DNA from: Azolla caroliniana
Lineage: Eukaryota; Plantae; Polypodiophyta
NCBI GenBank assembly: GCA_043228905.1
Contig: JBHGNT010000013.1
Location: forward strand, 3,224,001-3,288,000
Direction: 5' to 3'
Length of the DNA stretch: 64,000 nucleotides
Position 1 is the stretch's first letter. Every line of letters starts with the position of its first letter. The notes below the pieces were generated by a model. The model was not told where the DNA came from, ran no database searches, and worked only from the letters and a program-made list of their open reading frames with translations. This document shows, piece by piece, positions 35,281-48,500 of the stretch. A program made the position numbers and the translations under genes.

Positions 35281-37204
35281 ACTTCTCCCTCTCTCTTAGA
35301 TCTCTCTTTGCTTCTCCTGCATTCACAAGTGTTCAAGTTGCGGTGACGCTTCATACCGTCTGCACCTCCAGGAAACCACGTTCTGTGTTCTCTTTGACTC
35401 TACTACAACCTTAAGGCGCTCTGTGCTCACTATATCCCCACCATCTTTGCTCGTTGGTGCTTGTTGTGTCACATCATCCAGTGTTGTTGTGAGCCATCTG
35501 CAGTGAACATGCATTCTTTGCTCACTCTATCCCCTGTGCTCGTTGTGTTCATACCATCTCTACTCGATGTCCTTGTTATGACCCCTCTACAACAAACATG
35601 CAACAACCTCTTCAAACGACACAACATCTAGGTCTCCTCTTATTGTAGGTTTTGCTGCATGATCTACAACAAGTTGTTGGCAAATAACTTGTAACTCTAC
35701 CACATATTCATTGAGAAGCTTCAACTATTTGGGAAGAGGTATATTCTTGTTGATTTTGTTTGTAAATGTTCTTGTTATGTCTAGTTTTTCAAATGTGTTC
35801 ATTTGAGAGTCTTGTATAGAAATATGCTTGAGTCTTGTATATGCTCATTATGGTAACATGGTGGTATGATTATGTGATGCTATTTATATATTCTCTTCCT
35901 CAACATGTTCTTGTTGAGCATGTTTGTTGTTGTTCCCGTTCTTCATTTGTCTTGTTTTTCAAAAGTGTTCATTTGAGAGTCTTGTACAGAAATATGCTTG
36001 AGTCGTGTACATGTTCACATGTGGTAAGGGGGCGTTATGATGATATGATGTTATTTTTATGTTATCTTCCTCAATGTGTTCTTGTTGAGTATGTTTGTCG
36101 TCTTGTTTTTCAAATGTGTTCTTTTGAGAGTCTTGTAACATGTATATGGTTGAGTCTAGTACATGTTCACCTATGGAAAGGGGTGCTATGATGATATGGT
36201 CCTATGTATATGTTATGTTCCTCAACATGTTCTTGTTGAGTATTTTTGGTGATGTTCTTGCTCTTGTTCTATCTATTGTTCTTGTTCTTGTTCTTGTTTT
36301 CTCCAGTGTTCATCCAAGAGCTGAGATATGAATCTTGCACTTGTTGAGGCTTGGAAATATCATGTCCAAGAAGTGCGTTGTTCTTGATCTAGACTACTAT
36401 GTCATGTTCTTATTGTTTTTGTTCATGTTGTTGCAATTATTGTTGCAATTAGTGTTCATTTGTGAGTCGAGATTTAGTAATTTTATGATGACAAGTATAT
36501 GATTTGTTATTTTTGGACCAAACTATTATGTCATGTTCTTCTTCTTCTTCTTGTTGGTGTTATTGTTTTTGTGTAGTGTTCATTTGAGGGTCGAGATATG
36601 CTTGAATCTACTTTGCTTCTTCTTGTTGTTGGAAAGGGGTATGCTTGACTTAGTACTGCTATGTTGAAAAGTTGTTTTCTTGTTGTTATTCTTGTTCTTG
36701 TTGATTTAGTATTGTTGTCTAGACATATTTATAGTGTGGCAATTTGCTGCGTGATTTAGGAATGGTATTCTACTATGTATATTGATGTGTGAGGTACTAG
36801 TTTATAGCTATGCAAGGGAGTTAATATTGTGTTGTGGAAGCTTTTTTAGAAGAAGAGTGAGAACTAGAAAATTGACAAAGAAGACACCCATGAAGAAGGC
36901 ACTAGTCAAAGATGAAGTGATGACACCCACAAAGGAAAGAATGTGGACCCCCCATCAAAGAAAGTAAATAGGCACACACCAAAGAAAGGGTGAAGCACAT
37001 GTGTTTTTGCATGTGAAGTTCAAGTGACATTGAAGTTGACTAGGAAGACTTTATTCGTCACTAGTCATCACATTATAGAGAGTCCTCCAGTACAAACACT
37101 AGCTTGAAGTCTAAGGATGCTTGTGAGGATATCTCTCCTTTTACCTTCTATGGTTTATATTTTTCTCCTTTAGCTATCATGTTGTAGTTTGTGTCTCCAA
37201 GTGT

Positions 37205-37340
37205 AGGTCTGTATTCTGTGGCCTTGGATTCAAGCTCGAGGCTATGGATGTTGTGATTACACTATGTTTGCACACATATCATACGCTATGTGCTAAGTAC
37301 CACTTTGAGAAAGTAAATACATGTATGGACTATAAAATAC
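37205..37340 (+). pseudogene. Decayed RING-H2 zinc-finger exon
   Basis: Translates to SVFC-x15-CLHTYHTLC-x10-CMDY, the RING-H2 spacing. The first and last Cys codons are one base off (TCT, TAT). Confidence 0.6.
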
Positions 37341-37539
37341 GGTTGGAGTTGAATGGTACTACTTAGCTATGGGTTTCAAAGTTCACTCCTTTGGTATGTG
37401 ATACTGCTATTATGTTTTCTAGTATTTTCTGATTCCATTTTATAGTTGCTTTAGTATTGATTTAGGTCACAATTCATACCAGAAAATAGAAAATTCATGG
37501 TTTAGTACTGGTATCGCTCCATATACTATATGTTGCATC

Positions 37540-39010
37540 GATATTTATGTTGTTTAGTTCTTGTGCATTCATCGTAACTAAATTTACATGTTGGTGTATA
37601 GTTGTTGTAGTACTAAACATGCTACTCTTACTGAATCCCTTCTATATTTAGGTGGGCTGCATAGTACACACTTCAGGACACCTTTAGGTATACAATTGGT
37701 GGAGTACTAAAATCCATATTATATTTACGTGGGCTAGTACTAACATAGTATGCACTTCAATTAGTAAGTAGTTGTACAATTGGTTTAGTACTACAATCTA
37801 TTCTATATTTAGGTGGGCTAGCACTAGCATATTACACACTTTAGGAGACCTTTAGGTGTACAATTGGTGTAGTACTAGAATCCATCCTATATTTAGGTGA
37901 GCTAGTACTAACATAGTACACACTTCATTCTGCAATTAGTGTACAGTTGGTTTGGTACTAGAATCCATTCTATATTTAGGTGGGCTACGACAAACATAGT
38001 ACAAATTTAGGAGACCTTTAGGTGTATAGTTGATATAGTACACTAGTATCCATCCTATATTTAGGTGAGCTAGTACTAAAATAGTACACATCTCATTCTA
38101 CAAATAGTTGTACTGTTGGTTTAGTACTAGTATCCATTCTAAATTTAGATGGGCTAGTACTAGCATAGTACACACTTCAAGAGACCTTTACGTGTAGAGT
38201 TGGTGTAGTACTAGAATCCATCCAATATATAAGTGAGCTAGTATTGAGTACTAACATAGTACACACTTCATTTTGCAATTAATTGTACAATTGGTTTAGT
38301 GCTAGAATCCATTCTATATTTAGGCGGGCTAGGACAAACATAATACAAATTTAGGAGACCTTTAGGTGTACAGTTGGTGTAGTACTAGAATCCATCCTAT
38401 ATTTAGGTGAGCTAGTACTAACATAGTACACACTTCATTCTGCAATTAGTTGTATAGTTGGTTTGGTACTAGAATCCATTCTATATTTAGGTGGGCTAGG
38501 ACAAGCATAGTAAAAATTTAGGAGACCTTTAGGTGTACAGTTGGTGTAGTACAAGTATCCATCCTATATTTAGGTGATCTAGTACTAACATAGTACACAT
38601 TTAATTCAGCAATTAGTTGTACTGTTGGTTTGGTACTAGTATCCATTCTATATTTAGGTGGGCTAGTACGAGCATATTACACACTTCAAGAGACCTTTAG
38701 GTGTACTATTGGTGTACTACTAGAATCCATCCTATATTTAGGTGAGCTAGTACTAACATAGTACACACTTCATTCTACAATTAGTTGTACTATAGGTTTA
38801 GTACTAGAATCTATTCTATATTTAGGTGGGCTAGTACTAGCATAATACACACTTCAAGAGACCTTTAGGTGTACAATTGGTGTAGTACTAGAATCCATCC
38901 TTTATTTAGGTGAGCTAGTACTAACATAGTACACACTTCATTCTACAATTAGTTGTACTCTAGGTTTAGTACTAGAATTTATTCTATATTTAGGTGGGCT
39001 AGTACTAGCA
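37540..39010. repeat. ~60-bp tandem repeat with an alternating (~120-bp) higher-order structure, rich in AGTACT
   Basis: Recurring TAGTACTAGAATCCAT(C/T)CTATATTTAGGTG(A/G)GCTAGTACTA with two alternating linkers. Confidence 0.9.
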
Positions 39011-39340
39011 TAGTTTACATAAGTAGAGGATCACGATGATGTAACAGTAGGCAGGAGTGTGAACCTTAACCTGGTAGGTTTAATTGAGATTGGTATTGAC
39101 ACTGGTATTGTTGGGTGCATTCAGATTTAGTTTGACAAGAATGAGGAGATTAACAAATACAAGAAGATGATTCAGGCACTATATAGAGTAGAGACGAAGA
39201 CTCCGAGATCGTGACTATGCCTTACACAAAAGATGACTCTAACAACACCGCAACCACACATGAGGATTGTGAAAAAAACACCACATTCAATTTAGAAGAG
39301 GAGAACAACTATAAAAAGAATGAGGTTTCTAGCATTTTCC

Positions 39341-39765
39341 ATGAGGAGGAGCACATGGGTACTAAGAAAGATGTGGACCACACCATCCACGAGGAGTCTG
39401 CAAAAAACACAACTACCAGTCATGAAGAGGAGCACATGTTCACTAAGAAAGATGTGGACAACACCATCCTAGATGAATCTGTGAAAAACACCGCTACCAC
39501 CCATGAAGAAAAGTGCTTGGGTGCTACGAAAGATATGGATGACACCATCCCGGATGAATGAGTGAAAAACACAACTACCACCCACGAAGAGGAGCACATG
39601 GGTATTGCGAAAGATGTGGACAACTCCATCCCGGATGTGTGTGTGAAAAACACAGCTACCACCCACAAAGAGCAGTACATGGGTACTAAGAATGATGTGG
39701 ACAACATCAGCTAGGATGAGTCTCAGAAAATTACCACCACCACCCACGAAGAGGAGCCGCACCAA
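39341..39765 (+). repeat. 81-bp (27-codon) coding-like tandem repeat, ~5 units
   Basis: Unit HEEEHMGTKKDVDHTIHEESAKNTTTS repeats in frame, with stops in later units. Confidence 0.85.
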
Positions 39766-40384
39766 ATGAAGGACGAGGAATCCAATGGCACCCAGGAGGT
39801 ACATGATGATATTGCTATCAACCGCACCTTTCTGGATGATTGTGCATCTCATGTTGGTATAAAGAATAAAGTAGGAAACTCAAGGGAGGTGCCACTGATT
39901 CGAGGAGGGGAACCGTCTGATGTTGTCCTATTGGCCTCTGATGATGAAGTGCCACTCAGTAGTATGTAGAAGGAGATGATCAGTTCTCAATGTATTATAA
40001 GTACCAGAAAATACTAGTGCCAAAGATTTTATGGGTCATGGTCTGTACTTGTTATTGTCCTATTGAAATGATATATCTTTTTTATACTTATTATGTACCG
40101 AATTGATATGTCTGACATTGTTTTTGTTCTCTCTCTAAGTATGAATATGATGTTTTATGAGAAGATGAATGTTGAGTCCATTACACTCCAAAGATGTTTA
40201 TGACATCATGTACCTCTTGAGGGACCTTGTAAACAGTTTACTTCCCTTAACCTTGTGCTTTTTTTGAGTCATAGTGAACTTGATTGTGATAATGGCCTCA
40301 ATATAGATTATGGCGGTGGGTGCATCTTTTACTAAAGCATACATGTGGGAGGACCGCCACAACATTGCATAATAGTTGTTATAG

Positions 40385-41062
40385 TGAACAAAAGAGGATA
40401 TATACATGACAAGAAACAATTAACACTATAAGAGCACCAAACACTTTATGAAAACCAAAGAGGATATATACATTACTAGAAACAGTTAGCACTATAAGAG
40501 CACCAAATACGTTATGAAAATCAAAGAGGATATATATTGTACTAGAAACAGTTAACACTATAAGAGCACCAAACACTTTATGAAAACCAAAGAAGATATT
40601 ACATTACTAGAAACATTTACCACTATAAGAGCAGCAAACACTTAATGAACACCAAAGAGGATATATACATTACTAGAAACAGTTAACACTACAAGAACAC
40701 CAAACGCTTTATGAAAACCAAAGAGGATAATACATTATTAGAAACAGTTAACACTAATAGAGCACCAAACACTTTATGAAAACCAAAGAGGATATTACAT
40801 TACTAGAAACATTTAACACTATAAGAGCACCAAACACTTAACAAACACCAAAGAGGATATATACATTACTAGAAACAATTAACACTACAAGAGCAACAAA
40901 CACTTTATGAAAACCAAAGAAGATAATACATCACTAGAAACATTTAACATTATATTAGCACCAAACACTTTATGAAAACCAAAGAGGATAATATATTACT
41001 AGAAAAATATAACACTATATAAGCACCAAACACTTTAGAAAAACCAAAGAGGATATATATTG
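40385..41062. repeat. ~59-60-bp tandem repeat
   Basis: Unit CCAAAGAGGATATATACATTACTAGAAACAGTTAACACTATAAGAGCACCAAACACTTTATGAAAA-like, about 11 copies. Confidence 0.9.
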
Positions 41063-41150
41063 ATAACTTGTGAAGTTACATATGCAGATCTGACATTGAA
41101 GATCACTGGTCATTCTACAAGGTTTCTACAATGTATTAACAGTTAAAATT

Positions 41151-42027
41151 CTAAGCATTAAAGAGGGAGAACTCCCCCAATGTGTGTTCATGTACATCTT
41201 GAGGGACCTTGTAGATAATTTTGTATCCCTTAATTTTGTGCTTTGCTTGAGTCATAGTGAACTTGATTGCGATAATGGCATCATCATAGATTATGGTAGT
41301 CGGTGCATCTTGCAATAATGCATACGTCTTCTTGCATTGTGGCAACTTTGCATAATAGTTGCCACAGATGATAGACTCGCCAACGTTGGACATGTTGCCC
41401 CAACCATCCCTCGCCACTTCTTTCAATATTGTGTTCCCTTGCTTGCACACCACAATGTAGTAGTCTTCATTCAAAATCTTCATTTTGAGGAGATTTAAAC
41501 ATTGCAAAATGATCTCCAATAAAAGTGTACATTGGTTGTAGTATACAATATTGTTTGAGTGTTCGTTTTCTTGAATATCATCTTGTTGTTGAATCTCAAG
41601 ATTTTGCAAGTTCCATGACTCCGCGATTGATAGATTGGTGCATTCATCCTAAGATTCACCTATAATACACATGGAACAAAAGCATGATAAACTACAAAAT
41701 AGCAATTGTGTTGTGTCCTTGCAACAAAACCCTAAAGAACAATGGATCTTACATGTCTTTTTCACGGTTTAACAACCATATGATTTACTTCTATCCAACT
41801 CATTAGCACGAATCTCAATAAACAATCTATTCTTACCATCATTTCACATCTTCCATGTTAGTCACACCACAACATCATGTGCATTTTGTAACTTAGCACC
41901 TTTATTATCCACCTTCTTGCTTATAAGAGCATGCTTGATCACAGCCTCCGCCCCATCATGCTCTCCCTTTCCATGTCCAGACTTGAAGTATTTCCATTGC
42001 ATCCTAATGTTAGTCAATGAGAAGTAC
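41151..42027 (-). pseudogene. Decayed DDE/D transposase C-terminal exon (Sola2-like motif)
   Basis: WKYFKSGHGKGEHDGAEAVIK followed by SCFCSMC..EC, with several stops. The C-terminus is partly duplicated at 40198-40380. Confidence 0.65.
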
Positions 42028-42049
42028 CTAAGCGTTTTGCATCACAGGT

Positions 42050-44420
42050 AGCCAACAAACATTAGTAACAATATTAAGTTAGTACATCACAAGTAGCCAA
42101 ACAATATTTTACATGGCTTAAAACTTAATTAATATTGATTCACATTACTAAGTTGTAAATTAAGAATACTTAACATGTCTTAAAACAAAATTAGTACTGA
42201 TAGATGTGGGAGGATAGTACTAAGTTGTAAATTAAGAATACTTTACATGGCTTAAACCATAATCAGTACTTGTGCACGTGGGAGGACATTAGTAAGTTAT
42301 AAATTAAGAATACTTAACATGACTTAAAACATAATTAGTATTGATTCATGTGAGAGGATAGTACTAAGTTGTAAATTAAGAATACTTAACAGGGCTTAAA
42401 ATAGAATTAGTACTGATAGACGTGGGAGGATAGTACTATGTTGTAAATTAAGAATATTTTACAAGGCTTAAAACATAATCAGTACTTGTGCACATGGGAG
42501 AAGAATACTAAGTTGTAAATTAAGGATAGTACTATGTTGTAAGTTAGTACTGATGCACATGGGAGGACAGTACTAAGTTATTACCTATAGGTACTAAACA
42601 TACGTGAATAGACAATTAGTACTGATTCACATGAGAGGACAGTAGTAAGTTTTTATTTATATCTATACTAAACACGTGGATAGACAATTAGTATTGATTC
42701 ACATGGGAGGATAATACTAAGTTATTTAAAAATACTAAACATAAGTGAGTAGAAAATTAGTACTGACACACATGGGAGGATAGTAATAAGTTTTTATTTA
42801 AAAATACTACATTTGGGTAAATATACAATTAATACTGATGCACATGGGAGGATAGTACACAACAGATAGTACTAGGTTTTTATTTAAAAATACTAAACTT
42901 AAGTAAATACAGAATTAGTACTGATGCACATGGGAGGATAGTACTAAGTTATTATTTATAGATACTATACATGCATGAATAAAAAATTAGTACTAACACA
43001 CATGGGGGGACAATGTTAAGTTTTTATTTAAAAATATTAAACTTTGGTAATACACAATTAATATTGATGCACATGGGAGGACAATACTAAGTTATTATTT
43101 ATAGATACTAAACATAAGTGAGTAGAAAATTAGTACTAACACATATGGGAGGACAATACTAAGTTGTCATTTAAAAATACTAAACATGGATAAACACATA
43201 ATTAGTACTGATGCACATTTGATAGCAATACTAAGTTGTTATTCAAAATGCTAAGCATAGGTGAATAGACAATTAGTGATGATGCATATAGAACAACAAT
43301 ACTAAGTTGTTATATAAAAATACTAAATATAGGTAAATATACAATCATAGATTGACCCATGCGTGATATTCTTGAGATTCGACATCCGTAATATTCGTGG
43401 TATTCAAGAATAGAAAATGGCCCTAACAATATTATAAAACCATTCGTTTACATATACATATACACACATACATACATATATACACACATACACAAACATA
43501 TATATACATATACACACACATACATAGATACATATATACACACATACATAGATACATATACACACACATACATAGATACATATACACACGCATACATATA
43601 TGTGTACACAAACATACATCAATAATTAATTAACTCATTAATATAATAATTAATTTATTAATAACTAATTAATTCACTTAAACATTAATTGATTCACTAA
43701 TACATTAATTAATTTACAAATACATATCTTAATCCATTAACACATTAATTAATTCATTGGAAAATATTAGTTAATTAATTAATAATCAATTAATGCATTA
43801 ATAATTAATTAATTAGGGTTTTGGCAAAACTTAGGGTTTTAGTGAAACTCTGAATTTGCAACGGACAACAGGATGTAGGATTAGGTAGAGCATGAGAGGG
43901 AGTCGATGATGCAAGCCGAAAAGAAGAAATTTTGTCGAAATTAGGATTATGAAAAAAATTAGGGTTTTTTGTCGAAGCCCTAATTTCAGGCCGAGAACAG
44001 GATATAGAGGGAGGCGAGGGTGTAAGTAGCACGCAAAGGGAGTAGGATGAGGTGTCCTCGCTTCTTGTTGGCCACTATTCACTCGCTCGTAAATAAAATA
44101 CAATTTTATTTTATTTTTAATTTAAAAAAAAAGAAGAAAACGAATATATTTACGTGTATTCGTATTCCTATTCGTATGGATTCATGGGGCAGGCCCCACG
44201 AATGTGAATATTTCAATCTATGTATACAATTAGTATTGATGCACATGGGAGGACAGTACTACATTGTTGTTTAAAAGTACTAAATATCGATAAATACATA
44301 ATTAGCATTGATGCACATTGGAGGACAATACTAAGTTATTATTTAAAAATACCAAACATGGGTAAAAACATTATTAGTCCTCATGCACATTGGAAGAAAA
44401 GTAAAAAGCTTTTATTGAAC
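42050..44420. repeat. ~60-bp tandem repeat (AATTAGTACTGATGCACATGGGAGGATAGTACTAAGTT core), interrupted by a hAT-type MITE
   Basis: Units at 42050-43345 and 44223-44420. Confidence 0.85.
43346..44222. mobile_element. Non-autonomous hAT-type element (877 bp)
   Basis: Perfect 10-bp TIR CATAGATTGA/TCAATCTATG, 8-bp TSD TATACAAT (43338-43345 / 44223-44230), subterminal ATTCG motifs, no ORF. Confidence 0.88.
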
Positions 44421-45510
44421 AACACTAAATGTGGGAGACTAAACTAATATTAGTAATGTAGACAAGTTTGAATACAATTAGTTCTAAGTTTTCATTAAAG
44501 ATTAGAAAGCATAGGAAACTAAAGTAATAGTTCAAGGCCTATGAAGTATTAGTTGAATAGACTTAGAACTATGTGTACTTAGCATACAATAATCAATTTA
44601 CCTTGGAATAAAAAAGAAGTATCATGCCGCCTTAAATTGTGGGGCTACACCATCGGACCAAACTTACTGTTGATTAAAGGTAAGACTAAGAAATAGTAAA
44701 TTTGCATGGTCAAGCTCAAATTAATGTTAAACAAAAATCAGATAATGCTTTTTATCATGTGAAATGTAGATTATTAATTTGTTATGTAACATTCCTTGAA
44801 CTGTGAATTTTGCCCATAACCCCTAAATTTACGTGGAATGAACTCCTAGAGTTACTTTTGAAAGTGTGAGACAAGCTTAGTAACATATGTCTCCTTATAT
44901 GCCTACTTAATATTTTTCCTAACTAGTCTATTCCCTATATTTTCTACTACATACCCTAAATTTGTTTCCATTTCACAATATGATAGTTTCCACATCAAGC
45001 TCATTGTACCGAATATGGGTTGTGGCCAAAACTTACATCGTCTTAAAAGAAATGAAAGACTGATTAATATATCTATTTTTTAGCATTACACATACTATAT
45101 ATTGTCTATTGGTAAACAAGACATGTCAATCTAATTGATGACTACCATTTTCAATTATATGTATTACTTAAAAAAGAATACAAAGGAAAGTAATTAAAGC
45201 AATCAAGGTTACAATTAGTTGTATACTAATATTACCAAATGAGATATGCAAGCATAATAAATCAACAAGAGTTGTATTAGTAATTTCATAACCAATGATA
45301 ACATGATTTCAAATATGAAAAGCAAGAAAAAGAGGAAGAAAGATAAACTTGCAACATAAAAAAATTGAATATGACAAGAAATCACATAAAAAAATCATTT
45401 ACAAGAAAACCATGGTTTTATATATTAAAATGATGAAATATACGAAGAATGGCGAATATGCAAAAAATGTACATGACAAAGATGAACATGAGAATACGAG
45501 AATGTTGATT

Positions 45511-48500
45511 TTGTGGCGCTTTAGGATAGCTCGTATTTTCTCCTCGCCCATGCTCATTTGGGATTGTGCTTCTGCCAATGTCTTTCGTAATTCAGTGATT
45601 GTGCCATTAGTTTCTCCTTCCATCTGCATCAGTTTTGCTTGGGCACCTAACACGTCAAGTTGCCGTTGTTCGGACACAACTTCCAAGTCTGCACATCGTT
45701 GTTCTAAAATTGATCTTGCCGAAGCCTATTCTTCTTGGTCTTGAGCATTTTTCTCATTCAGTTGAGTAATCCAAGTTTCTTTTTCCACTAGTTGTTCAAC
45801 GCATTATTCTTCCTGAACTTTGATATACTCTTCAAGCTCTTCGACCTGTTCTGCGCGTTGTCGCGTGGTTTGTTGTTGTTGCGCTAACTGTCGGCGCAAC
45901 CTTTGAATCAAATTGTCTTTAGCATCCAGCCATTTGCCTATGTCCGTCTTTGCTAATTGTAGTCGATCCTCCATTTTCTTAGATCGGGTTTCAGCTTTTT
46001 CAGTTTTGGCTTCAGCCTCCCTGAGCGCTGCTTCTGGCTGTTGTAATTTCTGTTGTAGTTCCTGCTTAGATTCTAAAGGTTTGCTTGCTACTGCCTGCTA
46101 CACCATTTCCTCTTTTGTTTTCTGCAGTTGTTCTTCTGTTTGTCGAAGACGTTCTGACAATTGCTGGTTTTTGGCTTGCGTTCTTGTACATTGTGCATTT
46201 AAAATTTCCGATGCGGCTATTGCCTTCTTGTACAAATCAGCCATATCTCTAGCTACTCGACTGGTCTTGTCATATTCTCGATGTACTTCTACCAGAGCCT
46301 CATGCAATGGTGGCATCTGGATGGCTTCGTCTTCATTCTTCGCACTCCGTTGTTGGCCAATTTGATCGACCTCTTGTTGCTCCTGCGGCTCGACATCTCC
46401 ACTTAATGATTTTTGGATTATTATCTGATCCCGGTGCTCTTGTGCCATTCTCTCGGACACCTCTTGTAACCTATGAGCTAACCACTCTACTAATTCAAAA
46501 GATGTTCTGAATTGCAAAATGGTTGCCAATTCATGTGTTGTTGGAGGAATATCGGAGAATCCAGTTGCTTCTTGGACCATGGTTACTGATGATTGCCCTT
46601 TCTGAATTCTGGTTGTGTCATTAGGATTGACACGAGGTACTTGTGTGGTTGGTGTGGCCTGGTCTTCTATGGAAATCGCTGAGCCCTTTGTTTTACTCGA
46701 CTCTGTCTTTGTGTTGGTGTTGACTCCTGATTCGATCGAGGTGGTTGTGAAATTGAATGTGTTGTGGCCACTGTTGACAGCAACCCCCAGTCGAAAACCT
46801 CGCCCTCATATGTGGCGATTATGAACCCGGCCCTTTTCTTGGGCATATAGTAAAATCGGGAACTCACAAATCCCACTTCCAACAAAAATTTCACTACTTC
46901 ATGAAAAAATTCATCTTCCCCTCCTTGAGTTTGAAAAGCTTTGGCCGAGGGAGAATATTCTCTAAAATAAGACCTGAGCATGTCTTTGTCCATTTCCTGG
47001 ACCGTATCAAAACCTTCTCTTCTCAAGTTCAACATTCGGCATACCTTTTTATTCGTGATTTGTGAAACATCGATTTGTTGTAGAAGTTCTGCAGCACGAG
47101 GATGAGGTTCTGCTTCTACAACTTGGATGAACCCTTGTAGATTTTTGCTGACGAGCCACTGGCGCAAGTTATCAAAAACATGAATCAACATATTTTCGTC
47201 TTCAGACAAGAAATTAAAGTGTTGTGGTGGAGGCGACGCAAGCTTAAGTCTATGGTGATTACAAGTAGAAAATCGTTCAACACGAATATGTTTTTGTTTC
47301 TGTGGTGAAACAGATGAGGATGGAATAGGTTTTAAAGAAATAACTCTTTGCATGATGCCTAGGGGATAGAGACAGTTACTACTAATGTAAGTAATAATGT
47401 ATATTTAGCAATAATGGTTCCACCACTCATTTTTAAGAGTGCATGCAATACCTTTACTATATTTATAGTCTGACTTAGACTCCCCAAGATTCCACTTTAG
47501 ACAGTTAGTTGTTTTTGCCAAGAATACTCTATCTAGTTAGGTTTTATTTTTTTATTTTGCCAAGAATCCATTGTGAATGGGTTTTTCGGCATTGGCCCGT
47601 GATAAAGTTTAAGCCGAAAACCATTTACCCATTTCGGTAAAATTTTGCCTGATAGTGTGCCGACTTGATACGTTCCATTCTTGTTGTGAACGATCCAGAC
47701 TGGTCCTGTCCATCGAATCCGAAGCTTTCCAGGCATAGATCCCATTTTTGTTTGAAATACTAATATCGGTTTTCCGATTCCGAACTATCATTATGTTTGT
47801 CGAAGATGCCGCTCCACAAATGCTTTCGTCTGTTGCTGCTTCCACTCCAAATCCTTCATGGCCTATATCCGGCTTTCTTCTAACATCAACAAACCTTCTT
47901 TCCGAATTTGTTTTGACTGTAGCTCATCTAACCTTTTTGTTGCTTGAATTCAGAGTGTCGGAACTTGGAATTCTATTGGCATTCGGCTTCCAAGCTGAAA
48001 GCCATGCGAAAAGGCACGCACTTGATAGATGTTTTATATGAAGTCCTATATGCCCATAAGGCACTATTGAGTTTTTGATCCCAATCTGTACGATTTGCAT
48101 TCACTATCTTCTTAAGTATTGTCTGTAGTGTTTTATTTGTCGATTCCGCTAATCCATTTGCTTGCGGGTAGTATAGAGTGCTTTTCTTATGCACCACTGC
48201 ATAATAAGTAGATAATTCATGTACAATTTTATAATGAAATGTGTACCTTGATCACTTACCAATTCTATTGGACATCCGAACCAGCACCATATACTTTCGT
48301 ATAAGAATTTGGCTATTGAGGCTGCCGTATTGTCTTTTAGCGTTTAGCCTCTACCCATTTCGTACAGTAATCTACGACAACTATGGTGTACCGATTGCCT
48401 GTGCGTAGTGCGGCTGGTTTAAATGGGCCGACAAAATCTAATCCCCATTTTTGGAATGGCTCCAAAGGTAAGATAGGTTGCAAAGGCATTCTTTCTTTTT

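Noticed and set aside
35095-36331. Short ORFs rich in SL/CV repeats, and similar ones at 2182-2785, 14118-14615 and 43404-43622
   Set aside because: Translations of microsatellites, LTRs or antisense shadows of retroelement ORFs, with no protein motifs.
34802-44656. TIR pair CTACGGTGTA.. / ..TACACCATCG for the second DNA transposon
   Set aside because: The match is too short and there is no TSD, so termini were left undefined.
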